From Patescibacteria group bacterium (GTDB lineage Bacteria; Patescibacteriota; Microgenomatia; Curtissbacterales; GWA2-41-24): DNA of 64,000 nt. The notes under the pieces are model-generated. The model made no database searches. It saw only the letters and a program-made list of their open reading frames with translations, and was not told the origin of the DNA. This document shows positions 1-9,113 of this stretch, piece by piece. Location of the stretch: NCBI GenBank assembly GCA_038063735.1, contig JBBTUN010000004.1:12111-76110 (forward strand), read 5' to 3'. The translations under genes and the position numbers were made by a program. The first letter of the stretch is position 1, and the number at the start of each line of letters is the position of its first letter.

Positions 1-253
1 ATCAGACCCCGCCGATATCTTGCGGGCAATTCGACTTTCTAAGGCAACCGTTACCAAGATGAAACAGAATCTTTTTTGGGCATCAATTTACAATCTTTTA
101 GCAATACCAATAGCAGCAGGAGTTCTTTATCCGAAATTTGGAATTTCTCTGCGCCCGGAATGGGCAGCACTTTTGATGAGTCTATCCTCGATAATTGTTG
201 CCACAAATGCCGTTTTGCTAAACAGGGCTGAAAAAAGTCTTATTGAAGTTTAA
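1..253 (+). CDS. copA: C-terminal fragment of a copper-translocating P1B-type ATPase (5' end lies outside the window)
   Basis: The open frame runs in from position 1. The last two TM helices and tail (NLFWASIYNLLAIPIAAGVLYP...) match the conserved CopA C-terminus. Compare the tail of the full-length CopA at 6226-8454 ([25 protein letters not shown]). Confidence 0.8.
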   Translation, partial: SDPADILRAIRLSKATVTKMKQNLFWASIYNLLAIPIAAGVLYPKFGISLRPEWAALLMSLSSIIVATNAVLLNRAEKSLIEV

Positions 254-288
254 CAAAAGATTAAATATGAAAGGGGGTGAGATAAAAA

Positions 289-552
289 ATGTTAAAACCG
301 CAAGCGTTTGCAAATGCGTTTACGATAGTAGGTATAGGACTTTATATTGGCTGTAGGGTGCTAACCTTGATTGTGCCGGATTTACTCTTTGCCGTTGGCC
401 AGAGCTGGTTTCATACGTTTAATCTGGAGGCTGTCAGAGGCGCAGCTCCCATGGACATAGGCGCATTTTTATTGGGGGGAATTACCACTGGGGTTTTGGT
501 TTGGGTTACTGCTTATGCAGGAGCATCTTTGTATAACAAATTTGCAAAATAA
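289..552 (+). CDS. small 2-TM membrane protein of unknown family; paralog of 2056-2256
   Basis: Strong RBS (aagggggtga) upstream. It shares the PDLLFAVGQSWFHTFNLE block with ORF 2056-2256. Confidence 0.55.
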   Translation: MLKPQAFANAFTIVGIGLYIGCRVLTLIVPDLLFAVGQSWFHTFNLEAVRGAAPMDIGAFLLGGITTGVLVWVTAYAGASLYNKFAK

Positions 553-626
553 AGCCCTGAGATTGTAAGCCATAGTAATGACTTACAATTCCTAGACTTT
601 ATATAAAATATAAGTTAAGAAATGTT

Positions 627-830
627 ATGAATAATCAAACAAAAATAATCTTAATCATCTCTCTTGCCGTTATTAGCTTTTATTTGTTTTTTGAACACAG
701 AGCGCACATTTTTGGCAACTCCCAATATCTTTTACTAGGCCTGTTTATTTTTATGCATGTTTTTATGCATAAAGGACACGGAGACCACGGTGGGCCTAGC
801 ATAAAGGGGAAAAGAGGACATCATGGATAA
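627..830 (+). CDS. DUF2933-like small membrane protein with a His-rich C-terminal tail
   Basis: 67 aa with two hydrophobic helices and a C-terminus FMHVFMHKGHGDHGGPSIKGKRGHHG. This architecture is typical of metal-island DUF2933 proteins. Confidence 0.5.
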   Translation: MNNQTKIILIISLAVISFYLFFEHRAHIFGNSQYLLLGLFIFMHVFMHKGHGDHGGPSIKGKRGHHG

Positions 831-1476
831 CGCACCGGCATATGGGCTGTGGCCTTTGGTAATTATAAATACAGCCATTTTTATCATTTTTGCCTTCAGC
901 TTCACAAAGCCAAAAACGCCCCGCGATTGGCGCTCTTTTGGCATGTTTTCAGCCTTCATCGTTGCCCTATTTACGGAAATGTATGGGTTCCCCCTGTCAA
1001 TTTATTTATTATCCGGCTGGTTAAGTTCCCAGTTTCCAGGTTTAAATTTATATTCACATAACGCAGGACATCTTCCGGAAACACTGCTCGGATGGAAAGG
1101 AGATCCACACTTAAGTCCTTTGCATATTCTAAGTTACATTTTTATAGGCGGAGGCTTTATTATGCTCTCATCAGCATGGGAGAAGTTATATAGAGCACAG
1201 AAAAAACATACTTTGGCAACTTCTGGAATATACGCTCGCTTGCGTCATCCTCAATATGTAGGGTTTGTTGCAATTATGTTCGGATTCCTGCTTCAATGGC
1301 CAACAATTATTACCATTGTTATGTTTCCTATTCTTGTTGTGATGTATGCAAAACTTGCAGGCACTGAGGAAAAAGAGATGATAAAGAAATTTGGTGACAA
1401 ATATAAGCAATATTCTAAGACTACACCTGCGCACATTCCGCATTTTAAAAGTTTTAAATTAACATTTAGCGGTTAA
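823..1476 (+). CDS. isoprenylcysteine carboxyl methyltransferase (ICMT)/PEMT-family membrane methyltransferase
   Basis: Multi-TM protein with the family signature RLRHPQYVGFV...E...FG..Y..Y. It overlaps the DUF2933-like gene by 8 nt. Confidence 0.65.
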   Translation: MDNAPAYGLWPLVIINTAIFIIFAFSFTKPKTPRDWRSFGMFSAFIVALFTEMYGFPLSIYLLSGWLSSQFPGLNLYSHNAGHLPETLLGWKGDPHLSPLHILSYIFIGGGFIMLSSAWEKLYRAQKKHTLATSGIYARLRHPQYVGFVAIMFGFLLQWPTIITIVMFPILVVMYAKLAGTEEKEMIKKFGDKYKQYSKTTPAHIPHFKSFKLTFSG

Positions 1477-1477
1477 A

Positions 1478-1972
1478 ATGGCAAAGCAAACGCATGGGAT
1501 TGAACCCATTAGAGGCAGCCCATTTATTTTAGGATTTAAAATAATCTTTCTACTCGCACTGTTCGAACTGGCATACCTCGTGATCTATTATTTTTTGAAT
1601 GTGCAGTTTGAAATACCGTATAGCGTGCATCATCATCTTTCAATTGGATTCTTGATTCTTGCTTCTGCCAAAATTTTTCTGGAGATGTACCTTATATTGC
1701 TATTGGTTCTCTCATGGGCCAACAACGTCTACTACCTTACCGATAAGCATATAATAAAAAGGACGGGGGTGTTGAGTTCGAAAGAAAAAGTTTACGATTT
1801 TGACCTCATCCGTTCCATTACCGTGCAACAATCCTTTTTTGGCAAACTGTTTAACTTTGGCACAATTATGCTTTCAACAAGTGCCTCGGGTGGTTATCAA
1901 GCCGAGATTACTCTTGACAACATCTCTGACCCTCAAAAATATGAACAAAGAATAAAGGAGTGTTGCTCATGA
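1478..1972 (+). CDS. membrane protein with a bacterial PH domain (bPH_2/YdbS-like)
   Basis: Two N-terminal TM helices followed by a PH-like region (DKHIIKRTGVLSSKEKVYDFDLIRSITVQQSFFGKLFNFGTIML). Confidence 0.5.
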   Translation: MAKQTHGIEPIRGSPFILGFKIIFLLALFELAYLVIYYFLNVQFEIPYSVHHHLSIGFLILASAKIFLEMYLILLLVLSWANNVYYLTDKHIIKRTGVLSSKEKVYDFDLIRSITVQQSFFGKLFNFGTIMLSTSASGGYQAEITLDNISDPQKYEQRIKECCS

Positions 1973-2055
1973 TAAGAACTTTAAACATTGTAATAATATT
2001 TGCCATAATTTTGTAAACACTACTGCAACAGTGATAGCCGTATTGGTCGCATCTT

Positions 2056-2256
2056 GTGCCCAGTTGTCGTATGATACCCGATTTGCTTTTTGCTGTCGCC
2101 CAATCCTGGATGCATACCATAAATCTTGATTTAGTCAAAGCGACTTTCAGTCCAAATTTAGGGTCTGTAATTTTAGGCCTGGTAAGCGCAGTAGCTCTTG
2201 CTTGGGTGACAACCTATGGCACTATCGAGATCTACAACCGATTGGCTAAAAAATAA
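2056..2256 (+). CDS. small membrane protein, N-terminally shorter paralog of 289-552
   Basis: MIPDLLFAVAQSWMHTINLD aligns with VPDLLFAVGQSWFHTFNLE of the 289-552 ORF. Only GTG (2056) or ATG (2071) are available as starts. Confidence 0.45.
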   Translation: MPSCRMIPDLLFAVAQSWMHTINLDLVKATFSPNLGSVILGLVSAVALAWVTTYGTIEIYNRLAKK

Positions 2257-2275
2257 AATAGGCTTGCTTGTCTAA

Positions 2276-2494
2276 TCATTCCTGGGCCAAATATCCAGTC
2301 TTTCTAATTTGATCTAAAATTTTTGGCAAATCTACAATTTCTTCGTCGTATACTACGTCAGTCTCTTGCTTTGCAAAACTAGTCCTGGCCTCCTGTAAGC
2401 CATCTAAATCTTCTAAATCCATATCAATACTCATTGCACAAGAACTGCAATGCATTCCGGTTATCTTTAATTTTTTCGCAACTATTTTGCTCAT
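2276..2494 (-). CDS. copZ: copper chaperone CopZ (single HMA domain)
   Basis: 72 aa with the GMHCSSCA metal-binding motif (MxCxxC) and a ferredoxin-like HMA fold pattern. Confidence 0.8.
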   Translation of the reverse strand: MSKIVAKKLKITGMHCSSCAMSIDMDLEDLDGLQEARTSFAKQETDVVYDEEIVDLPKILDQIRKTGYLAQE

Positions 2495-3894
2495 ATAACC
2501 TCAATCACCCCCCGATACATGCCCATAGAACAGACAAAAGTTATCCTGCCTTCCTTTACCGGTGTAAATTTAACCGTCTGGACATCATTGGCTTTCAAAT
2601 TAAGGCTTATGCCCAAACTTGGAATCCTAAAAGCCGAAGCGCAACTATAGGCATCTTTGCTTTTGAGAGTCAGTATTACTTCCTGCCCCTTATTAACTTT
2701 TAGATAATTGGGAGTATAACCTCGGGACGTAACTTCAATCTCCGGATTTTGGGAAAGCAATTGACTACTTGAGGCAGTGTCACTACTATTCCCAAGCTTA
2801 ACCAATTTGGGAAAATTATCAGCCACTGCCTGTAATGTAACAGGGGAACCAAGTGCCGTAAGCGAGCCATTAATAGAAGTAACACCTAGATAAATGACCG
2901 CAACCGCAGCCAGCTTTAAAAACTTGGATTTAAATGTTTCCCCCATGACCGAAGTTATGGCTCCGATTCCAAAAAAAAGTGGCATTGTTCCAAGAATAAA
3001 AACGGCCATAATCGATGCCCCGACAAAAGCATTCGCGCTGCTTATAGCCAGTGCTTCCATTGCAATTGTTGTCCCACAGGGGATAAAGACTGTCATTCCG
3101 CCCAGTAGTGCAGGCGCAAATAAATCTTTGGATTTCGATTGATTCCTGACCATTCTGGTTAAAAATCTGGGTGGTTGAATAATTGCGTACCTAAAAATTG
3201 GGTGAATGTTCAATAAGTTAAACGCAACAGCCACCATATACAGACCTGCTACCAGCTGCATTATTGTTTGTACCCTACCGCTGATATTTAACGCTCCTCC
3301 AAATGCCCCCAAAATAAATCCTAAAAGTACATAAGCTATATACTTAGTGACTAAAAAAACGCCTGTTGCATACATTGCGTGTTTTGCAGTTCCACGTCCT
3401 AGCGCACTTTCTTCTTCCCTGGCCGCAATAACAGAAGTCAACAGACCTCCTTGAACAGCAAGGCATGTTAATCCACCAACTGTTAATCCCGTAATAAAAA
3501 TTATCCAAAGATTGACACTTTCTGTATTTTGAATCTGAGAGGCAAAGTCAAACCTTTTAAAAACTAAATAGACTCCAGCAATAAGAAGAAAAATCGGCAA
3601 GATTTTTAAAAAATCTTTTGTTGAAGTTTGGGCTCTTGATGTTTTTGGCCTTTTTTTCTCTCTATCTCCCCATAGCACAACCTTAAAATTATATTCAGCC
3701 AATACTTCTTGCAGGTAAGATATTGTTGGCTCTTGTGAACAATAAATTTCGGCTTTACCTTCCTCATAATGGGCATAAGCTTTTTCAATACCGGCAATTT
3801 GTCTAAATTTTTGCAGTATTAAAACCTCGCAACTTGTGCAAGTCATACCATAGATTTTAAGTTCTATTTTTTTCAAACCTTGATCGTCACTCAT
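2491..3894 (-). CDS. three-domain membrane protein: N-terminal HMA domain, UreH/DsbD_2-like transmembrane domain with conserved Cys, C-terminal cupredoxin-like domain
   Basis: N-terminal GMTCTSCE HMA motif. The TM core carries Cys in LTCLAVQGG and FIPCGTT. The C-terminal beta-rich domain contains SCASAF...FVCSMGMYRG and is paralogous to the standalone cupredoxin at 8456-8842. Confidence 0.6.
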   Translation of the reverse strand: MSDDQGLKKIELKIYGMTCTSCEVLILQKFRQIAGIEKAYAHYEEGKAEIYCSQEPTISYLQEVLAEYNFKVVLWGDREKKRPKTSRAQTSTKDFLKILPIFLLIAGVYLVFKRFDFASQIQNTESVNLWIIFITGLTVGGLTCLAVQGGLLTSVIAAREEESALGRGTAKHAMYATGVFLVTKYIAYVLLGFILGAFGGALNISGRVQTIMQLVAGLYMVAVAFNLLNIHPIFRYAIIQPPRFLTRMVRNQSKSKDLFAPALLGGMTVFIPCGTTIAMEALAISSANAFVGASIMAVFILGTMPLFFGIGAITSVMGETFKSKFLKLAAVAVIYLGVTSINGSLTALGSPVTLQAVADNFPKLVKLGNSSDTASSSQLLSQNPEIEVTSRGYTPNYLKVNKGQEVILTLKSKDAYSCASAFRIPSLGISLNLKANDVQTVKFTPVKEGRITFVCSMGMYRGVIEVI

Positions 3895-3898
3895 CAGA

Positions 3899-4165
3899 TT
3901 AGACCTTTTTTTCTATCGTCTCCTTTTTATGTTTGTGCTCACACTCAGAGCAAGAACTCTCTTTTTTGTCACTCATTCCTTTCATATAAAAAAGCATCAC
4001 CAAAGGACATATTGCAAATAAAGCAAATGGCGCAAGACCGATAATAACCGCTCGAAGTGACGGGAAGAAAACAAAACCCAAAACAAATGGAACAGCAATT
4101 ACCGCACCAAATTTTATCATTGTTTTAAGATCACACATAAAAGCACCTCCTCTCCGAACAACCAT
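3899..4165 (-). CDS. DUF2933-like small membrane protein with Cys/His-rich tail
   Basis: It has two TM helices, a CPLVMLFYM motif and a C-terminus SSCSECEHKHKK. The start is uncertain; an internal Met (MCDLKTMIKFG) is possible. Confidence 0.45.
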   Translation of the reverse strand: MVVRRGGAFMCDLKTMIKFGAVIAVPFVLGFVFFPSLRAVIIGLAPFALFAICPLVMLFYMKGMSDKKESSCSECEHKHKKETIEKKV

Positions 4166-4168
4166 ACA

Positions 4169-5047
4169 TCAACGTCCACCCTTTCCGTCCTTTATACCTA
4201 AATATATAAAATAAATGAAAATACAAAGTAACAAAAAAGCAAACAAAGTTTCACTATAAGGGATATTTTTAATGGGCATCGTAACGGTGTCAACCCAGGC
4301 CTTAAGCTCTATAGCAAAGTTAACAGCCGCCTCATTCATTTGGAGTCGGTCTGTAAGGGCCAAAACAAGAAAGACAATTCCTGTCATTGTAAAAATCAAA
4401 AAAGAAATAAAATTTGAAAGGGGAGTTTGATAACTTCCTAATTTTAGAGTTTTTGTCCGCAGGCTCATCATTCTTTTTTGTATTCCTTTTTCAAATAAAA
4501 GCGATAATAAAAAAAGCGGGAAAACTATGCCAAAAGTATATGCAAGGCCCACACCTGCCGCCATAACCATAGTCGGGGATAGGGCAGCCAGAGACAGGGC
4601 ACCAAAAAGAACTGGCGCACAACAAGTACTAGAAATACCGGAAACAACCCCCAATAAATAAGTTGTGCCAACGTTCGTTACTTTAGGCGCCTGGATTTTT
4701 GAAATAAATGGAAGCTCAACGGTTTTATTAAAAAATGACATTATACCAATGGCAATCATAAACATACTGCCACCCGCAAAAACAAAGATGTGATAATCGT
4801 TAAAAAAAGAAGCCAGAAAACGGGCACCAAGAACAAGCGGAAGCATAATTGTTGCAACCCCAGTGGCAAATACCAAAGTCATAAGCATAACTTTTGATTT
4901 GGATTTGAAGACCGTACCCAAATATGCCGGTAACATCAAAGTTATACAGCATGGCGCAAAAAGCATTACCATCCCTCCGAAAAAAGCAACAATCAGCGAT
5001 GCGCTTGTAAATAAAGAAGTAAATGTTAAATTTGCAATTGGCATCAT
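4169..5047 (-). CDS. ccdA: CcdA/DsbD-family thiol:disulfide interchange membrane protein (cytochrome c biogenesis protein transmembrane region)
   Basis: Multi-TM protein with paired Cys in TM1 (FAPCC) and TM4 (SSTCCAPVL), the hallmark of CcdA/DsbD electron-transfer cores. Its thioredoxin partner lies directly upstream. Confidence 0.65.
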   Translation of the reverse strand: MMPIANLTFTSLFTSASLIVAFFGGMVMLFAPCCITLMLPAYLGTVFKSKSKVMLMTLVFATGVATIMLPLVLGARFLASFFNDYHIFVFAGGSMFMIAIGIMSFFNKTVELPFISKIQAPKVTNVGTTYLLGVVSGISSTCCAPVLFGALSLAALSPTMVMAAGVGLAYTFGIVFPLFLLSLLFEKGIQKRMMSLRTKTLKLGSYQTPLSNFISFLIFTMTGIVFLVLALTDRLQMNEAAVNFAIELKAWVDTVTMPIKNIPYSETLFAFLLLCIFIYFIYLGIKDGKGGR

Positions 5048-5661
5048 GGTTTATCAAGATATTTTTTTACTTCGTCAACGATTTCATTTGATTTAACAAA
5101 CATAGTTCCTCCGGTAACCATATGTCCCAGACCCGGCCAATAATCCTTTCGCCATATTATCTGGCCATTTAAGTCAACCAGTACAAATGTGTGGCCTGCT
5201 CTCCTACCCATATCCATTGAATAATTTGTAAGGTCATAATCCACCTCTGTCTTGGCCAAGTTATAAGAAAGGATAGGTTTTTTTATACCAAAACGAGCTT
5301 TTGCCTCTTTCGACTGGTCAACAGGGTCAAAAGTCACATAAAGAACCTCAACATTCATTTTTTCAAATTCTTCAGTTACTTTTTCCAACTCAGGCATTTG
5401 TTGCATACAGGGATCACAAGATAAACCTTCATGAAAAAAGATTAAAACATTCCTTGTACCTCTAAATGACGAAAGCGTAACAGTTTGGTTTTCTGTCGAT
5501 GGCAACGCAAAATCTGGAGCGGGATTCCCGGCTGTAGCTTTTTTGTTTGAAGCGGAGGATCCAGTGGATGTTTTTGAAAATAACAAAACCCCCAAAACAA
5601 CAATCGCAACAGTTGCCACTATCATTATTACTACTGGGTTAAAGAAAATTTTTCTATTCAT
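5044..5661 (-). CDS. membrane-anchored thioredoxin-like protein (TlpA/ResA/AhpC-TSA family)
   Basis: N-terminal TM anchor and a thioredoxin fold with active site CDPC. It overlaps the ccdA start by 4 nt. Confidence 0.7.
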   Translation of the reverse strand: MNRKIFFNPVVIMIVATVAIVVLGVLLFSKTSTGSSASNKKATAGNPAPDFALPSTENQTVTLSSFRGTRNVLIFFHEGLSCDPCMQQMPELEKVTEEFEKMNVEVLYVTFDPVDQSKEAKARFGIKKPILSYNLAKTEVDYDLTNYSMDMGRRAGHTFVLVDLNGQIIWRKDYWPGLGHMVTGGTMFVKSNEIVDEVKKYLDKP

Positions 5662-5743
5662 TTTTTAAGTTTTTTTCATCAATTTCATAAAATTCTGTAA
5701 ACTAAAAGGTTTACTCAACAAGCGGGAAATGGGTTATTGGTAT

Positions 5744-6145
5744 TTAGGCGTAAATTTCAGGGTGAACCAAGCCTTTTGATAAGGCCCGCAGAAGATAATT
5801 AAAAATATTTAACCTATGGTTTTCGACTTCGTATTTTTTAAGAAATCGCAAAGGGGGATCGGTCCCCATATGCTTTATATAAGAAACTAATAGTAAAACC
5901 GATAAGAAACTAATAACAAAAATAAAATTAGAATTAATGCTAGCTATAAATGTTTCTTGCCACACTAAAAGATGTTCGCCTACACTCATTTGACATGTAG
6001 TTGAGCCTGTAGCCATAAAGAGGCAACTGGACATTTTCTCATTATGCTCGTCTCCCGTATTGTGATTTAACGACAAAAAAGAAGAAAATGACAAACCGAA
6101 AATAGCAAAAATTATAAAAAATTTGAGTATTTTCTTAAAATTCAT
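5744..6145 (-). CDS. hypothetical small membrane protein (signal peptide plus a second TM, with a Cys pair SSC...TTCQMS)
   Basis: The ORF has a GGGAG RBS and a putative promoter with a TTGACA box upstream. No family was recognised. Confidence 0.4.
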   Translation of the reverse strand: MNFKKILKFFIIFAIFGLSFSSFLSLNHNTGDEHNEKMSSCLFMATGSTTCQMSVGEHLLVWQETFIASINSNFIFVISFLSVLLLVSYIKHMGTDPPLRFLKKYEVENHRLNIFNYLLRALSKGLVHPEIYA

Positions 6146-6225
6146 TTTTCACACTCCCATTTTAAAGGTTTGTCAAAAACATTGTCAAATTCAGTATGAT
6201 CGTTTTTTTAAATTCATAAACTTGA

Positions 6226-8454
6226 TTATAATCTGTACCTTTTTAATAAAAGTGAGTTTGAAACAACTGAAATTGAACTGCTTGCCATAGCAACGGATGC
6301 AAAAATTGGATTTAAGAGTATATGAAAAAACGGATAAAGAGCGCCCATGGCAACAGGAATCAAGAGAATATTGTATCCAAAGGCCCAGAATAAATTCATT
6401 TTGATAGTTCTCATGGTTTTCCTGGAAAGTTCTATGGCAGACGCAACGGTTCTTAAGTCGCGATTTACAAGGGTAATATCTGCAGCTTCAATCGCAACAT
6501 CCGTTCCGCTCCCCATAGCAATCCCTACGTTCGCTTGAGCCAGTGCCGGAGCATCATTGATACCATCCCCAACCATTGCAACTACTTTTCCTTCTGCTTG
6601 AATTTTTCTAACTTCGGCTTCCTTTTGGTCCGGTAACACCTCGGCAAGCACCCTATCAATTCCAAGTTTTTTAGCGATAGCCTCTGCAGTCCGTTTATTG
6701 TCACCAGTAATCATCACGACCTCGATCCCTTTTCGCCTTAGCGCTTCGACACCTGCTTTCGCACTTTCTTTTACTGTATCGGCAACAGCTATCAAACCAA
6801 CCAAATTTTTATCAACCGAAAGCAACATCACTGTTTTACCTTCAGTTTCTAATTTTTCAATTTGGGCAATGTGCGACCGGAAATCTACTTTTTCTCTCTC
6901 CATCAACTTTCTGTTTCCAAAAAAAAGTTGCTTTCCGGATGCAATCCCTTCCACCCCAAAACCGGATACCGCTTTAAATTTACCAGTTTTTTCAAGTTTG
7001 ATTTTTTTATTCTCAGCACTTTTAACAATTGCTTCAGCCAGCGAATGCTCTGACCCTTTTTCCAGAGATGCTGCTAATTTCAAAATCTCATTTACGGAAT
7101 GTTTGCCAATTGGGACAATATCTGTGACCTCTGGCTTGCCACGCGTCAAAGTTCCGGTTTTATCAAAAATAATCGTGTTGACTTTATGAGCAATTTCCAG
7201 ACTCTCTGCGTCTTTTATTAAAATTCCCTGCTCGGCACCCTTTCCCGTTCCCACCATAATGGCCGTCGGTGTCGCCAGTCCCATTGCGCAAGGGCAGGCA
7301 ATAATGAGAACCGCCACCATGTTAAGCATGGCAAATGCTAAACTTGGAGCCGGACCCACCACATACCAAACGGCAAAGGTAGCGATTGCAAGCATAATAA
7401 CAACTGGCACGAAATACGAAGAAATCAAGTCTACGATTCGCTGAATGGGAGCTTTACTGCCCTGGGCGTCCTGAACCAATTTTATGATCTGGGCAAGCAT
7501 TGTATCCGAACCAACCTTAGTTGCTTTGTAAGTAAATGTACCTGTTTTATTAAGAGTTGCTCCGACGACCGTGTCACCTTTTATTTTATCAACGGGGAGA
7601 CTTTCACCAGTTATCATTGATTCATCTATTGATGATTCTCCATCTTGTAGAATTCCATCAACGGGAATTTTTTCTCCAGGCCTGACCCTGATTATAGAAC
7701 CAATAACCACCTGCTCAATTGGAACATCAATTTCTTTACCGTTTACCAAAACCCTAGCTGTCTTGGCCTGCATTCCTATCAATTTTTTAATTGCTTCTGA
7801 CGTTTGCCCTTTGGCTCTTGCTTCAAAATAACGGCCGAGCAATATAAGCCCAATCACAATAGTCGCCACATCAAAGTACGGCATAGCCTCAATACCTAAA
7901 TTCATTACGATACTGGGAAATACCGTCACAAAAACTGAATATAAAAAAGCAACAGTTGTACCAATTGCCACCAAGGTATCCATATTTGCTGTCCTATGTT
8001 TTAGTGCAGGAATTGTTGCCCTGTAAAATATCCAACCTGCCCAAAACTGAACAGGAGTAGCAAGTAAAAGTTGGATCCAAAAGTTTTTCAGAAGGACAGG
8101 AGCGGTAGTTGAAAGAACGGGGAAACTTCCCCATAAAATTAATGCTCCTAAAAACAAACTTACAGCAACTTTATTTCTCAAGACCTTAAGTTCTTTTGCT
8201 TTTTGTTCTTTTTCCAGATCAGGGGAGATAACATCATCTTTAGTGATTATTTTGTAACCGACATTAGATACAGCAGATTCAAGTTGATCCTCTGTGCAAA
8301 TATCTGGGTCAAACATGACCGTTGCTTTTTCAGTCGCCAGGTTAACATTTGCAACTTTGACACCGGGAGTCCTGGTAAGAGATTTTTCAATGACACCCAC
8401 ACAAGACGCACAGTGCATTCCGACAACTGAATAAGTTTTCTTGATTTCTACCAT
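6226..8454 (-). CDS. copA: copper-translocating P1B-type ATPase
   Basis: N-terminal HMA domain with GMHCASCV, a TM CPC motif ([11 protein letters not shown]), the DKTGTLT phosphorylation site and the [10 protein letters not shown] hinge. Confidence 0.95.
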   Translation of the reverse strand: MVEIKKTYSVVGMHCASCVGVIEKSLTRTPGVKVANVNLATEKATVMFDPDICTEDQLESAVSNVGYKIITKDDVISPDLEKEQKAKELKVLRNKVAVSLFLGALILWGSFPVLSTTAPVLLKNFWIQLLLATPVQFWAGWIFYRATIPALKHRTANMDTLVAIGTTVAFLYSVFVTVFPSIVMNLGIEAMPYFDVATIVIGLILLGRYFEARAKGQTSEAIKKLIGMQAKTARVLVNGKEIDVPIEQVVIGSIIRVRPGEKIPVDGILQDGESSIDESMITGESLPVDKIKGDTVVGATLNKTGTFTYKATKVGSDTMLAQIIKLVQDAQGSKAPIQRIVDLISSYFVPVVIMLAIATFAVWYVVGPAPSLAFAMLNMVAVLIIACPCAMGLATPTAIMVGTGKGAEQGILIKDAESLEIAHKVNTIIFDKTGTLTRGKPEVTDIVPIGKHSVNEILKLAASLEKGSEHSLAEAIVKSAENKKIKLEKTGKFKAVSGFGVEGIASGKQLFFGNRKLMEREKVDFRSHIAQIEKLETEGKTVMLLSVDKNLVGLIAVADTVKESAKAGVEALRRKGIEVVMITGDNKRTAEAIAKKLGIDRVLAEVLPDQKEAEVRKIQAEGKVVAMVGDGINDAPALAQANVGIAMGSGTDVAIEAADITLVNRDLRTVASAIELSRKTMRTIKMNLFWAFGYNILLIPVAMGALYPFFHILLNPIFASVAMASSSISVVSNSLLLKRYRL

Positions 8455-8455
8455 A

Positions 8456-8842
8456 TTATTTCACCAGTATCTTTCCATGGAACATATTCATGCCACAGAC
8501 GATTTCATATTCCCCCGCTTTTTTGGGCGAAATAGAAATGTTCACTTTCTTATTCAAAGGAAGAAATTTGCGTATTTTAAAATCTGGAAGCACTACCTCT
8601 TCAAGGCAACTACTGGGGTCACGGCGCAAAAAAGTAAGGGTGGTTGTGCTGCCCAGAGCAATTGATATAGTTTCAGGTTGGTAACCACCATCAACAATAA
8701 TATTTATAGATTTGCCCGCAGCAACAACGTCTTTAGAATTTTTCATTAAAAAGAACCAGTAGACGAATCCGGTACTCATTAAGCTAAAAAGTATTACTAA
8801 AATTTTGTCAATTGCCATTAAATCACCCCTGTAACAGGTCAA
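8456..8842 (-). CDS. membrane-anchored cupredoxin-like domain protein
   Basis: N-terminal TM helix followed by a beta-sandwich-like domain containing SSCLEEV...[16 protein letters not shown]. It is paralogous to the C-terminal domain of 2491-3894 and is translationally coupled with csoR and copA. Confidence 0.6.
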   Translation of the reverse strand: MTCYRGDLMAIDKILVILFSLMSTGFVYWFFLMKNSKDVVAAGKSINIIVDGGYQPETISIALGSTTTLTFLRRDPSSCLEEVVLPDFKIRKFLPLNKKVNISISPKKAGEYEIVCGMNMFHGKILVK

Positions 8843-9111
8843 GACATTTTTTTGAACACCTGCATTACTTCAGAAATAGCTTCATTTTTTTCACCGCGTG
8901 AAATTGCATCTGCAGCACAAGTTTTTAAATGGTTTTCCAGCATCAAATTATCAGTCTCTTTTAGGGCTTTTTGAACGGCGTGAGATTGGTGAAGTATATC
9001 TATACAATATTCATCACACTCAACCATTTTTACCACTTTTTTTAAGTGGCCTTGAGCGATCTTTAATCTATGAAGAATTCTTTCCTGAGTGTCTTTTGGT
9101 CTGTACGCCAC
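8839..9111 (-). CDS. csoR: CsoR/RcnR-family metal-sensing transcriptional repressor
   Basis: 90 aa, all-helical, with Cys/His ligand residues (VECDEYC, H..H..C-like pattern) characteristic of DUF156/CsoR. It is the first gene of the csoR-cupredoxin-copA operon. The start is GTG. Confidence 0.8.
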   Translation of the reverse strand: MAYRPKDTQERILHRLKIAQGHLKKVVKMVECDEYCIDILHQSHAVQKALKETDNLMLENHLKTCAADAISRGEKNEAISEVMQVFKKMS

Positions 9112-9113
9112 GA

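Noticed and set aside
561-590. Imperfect 9-bp hairpin (GATTGTAAG...CTTACAAT) after ORF 289-552
   Set aside because: It has one mismatch and a 12-nt loop, and is not followed by a U-tract. That is insufficient to call a terminator.
2434-3142. Small ORFs (2434-2703 +, 2700-2885 -, 2894-3142 +) overlapping copZ and the HMA/cupredoxin gene
   Set aside because: They overlap better-supported CDSs with recognisable domains. There are no independent signals.
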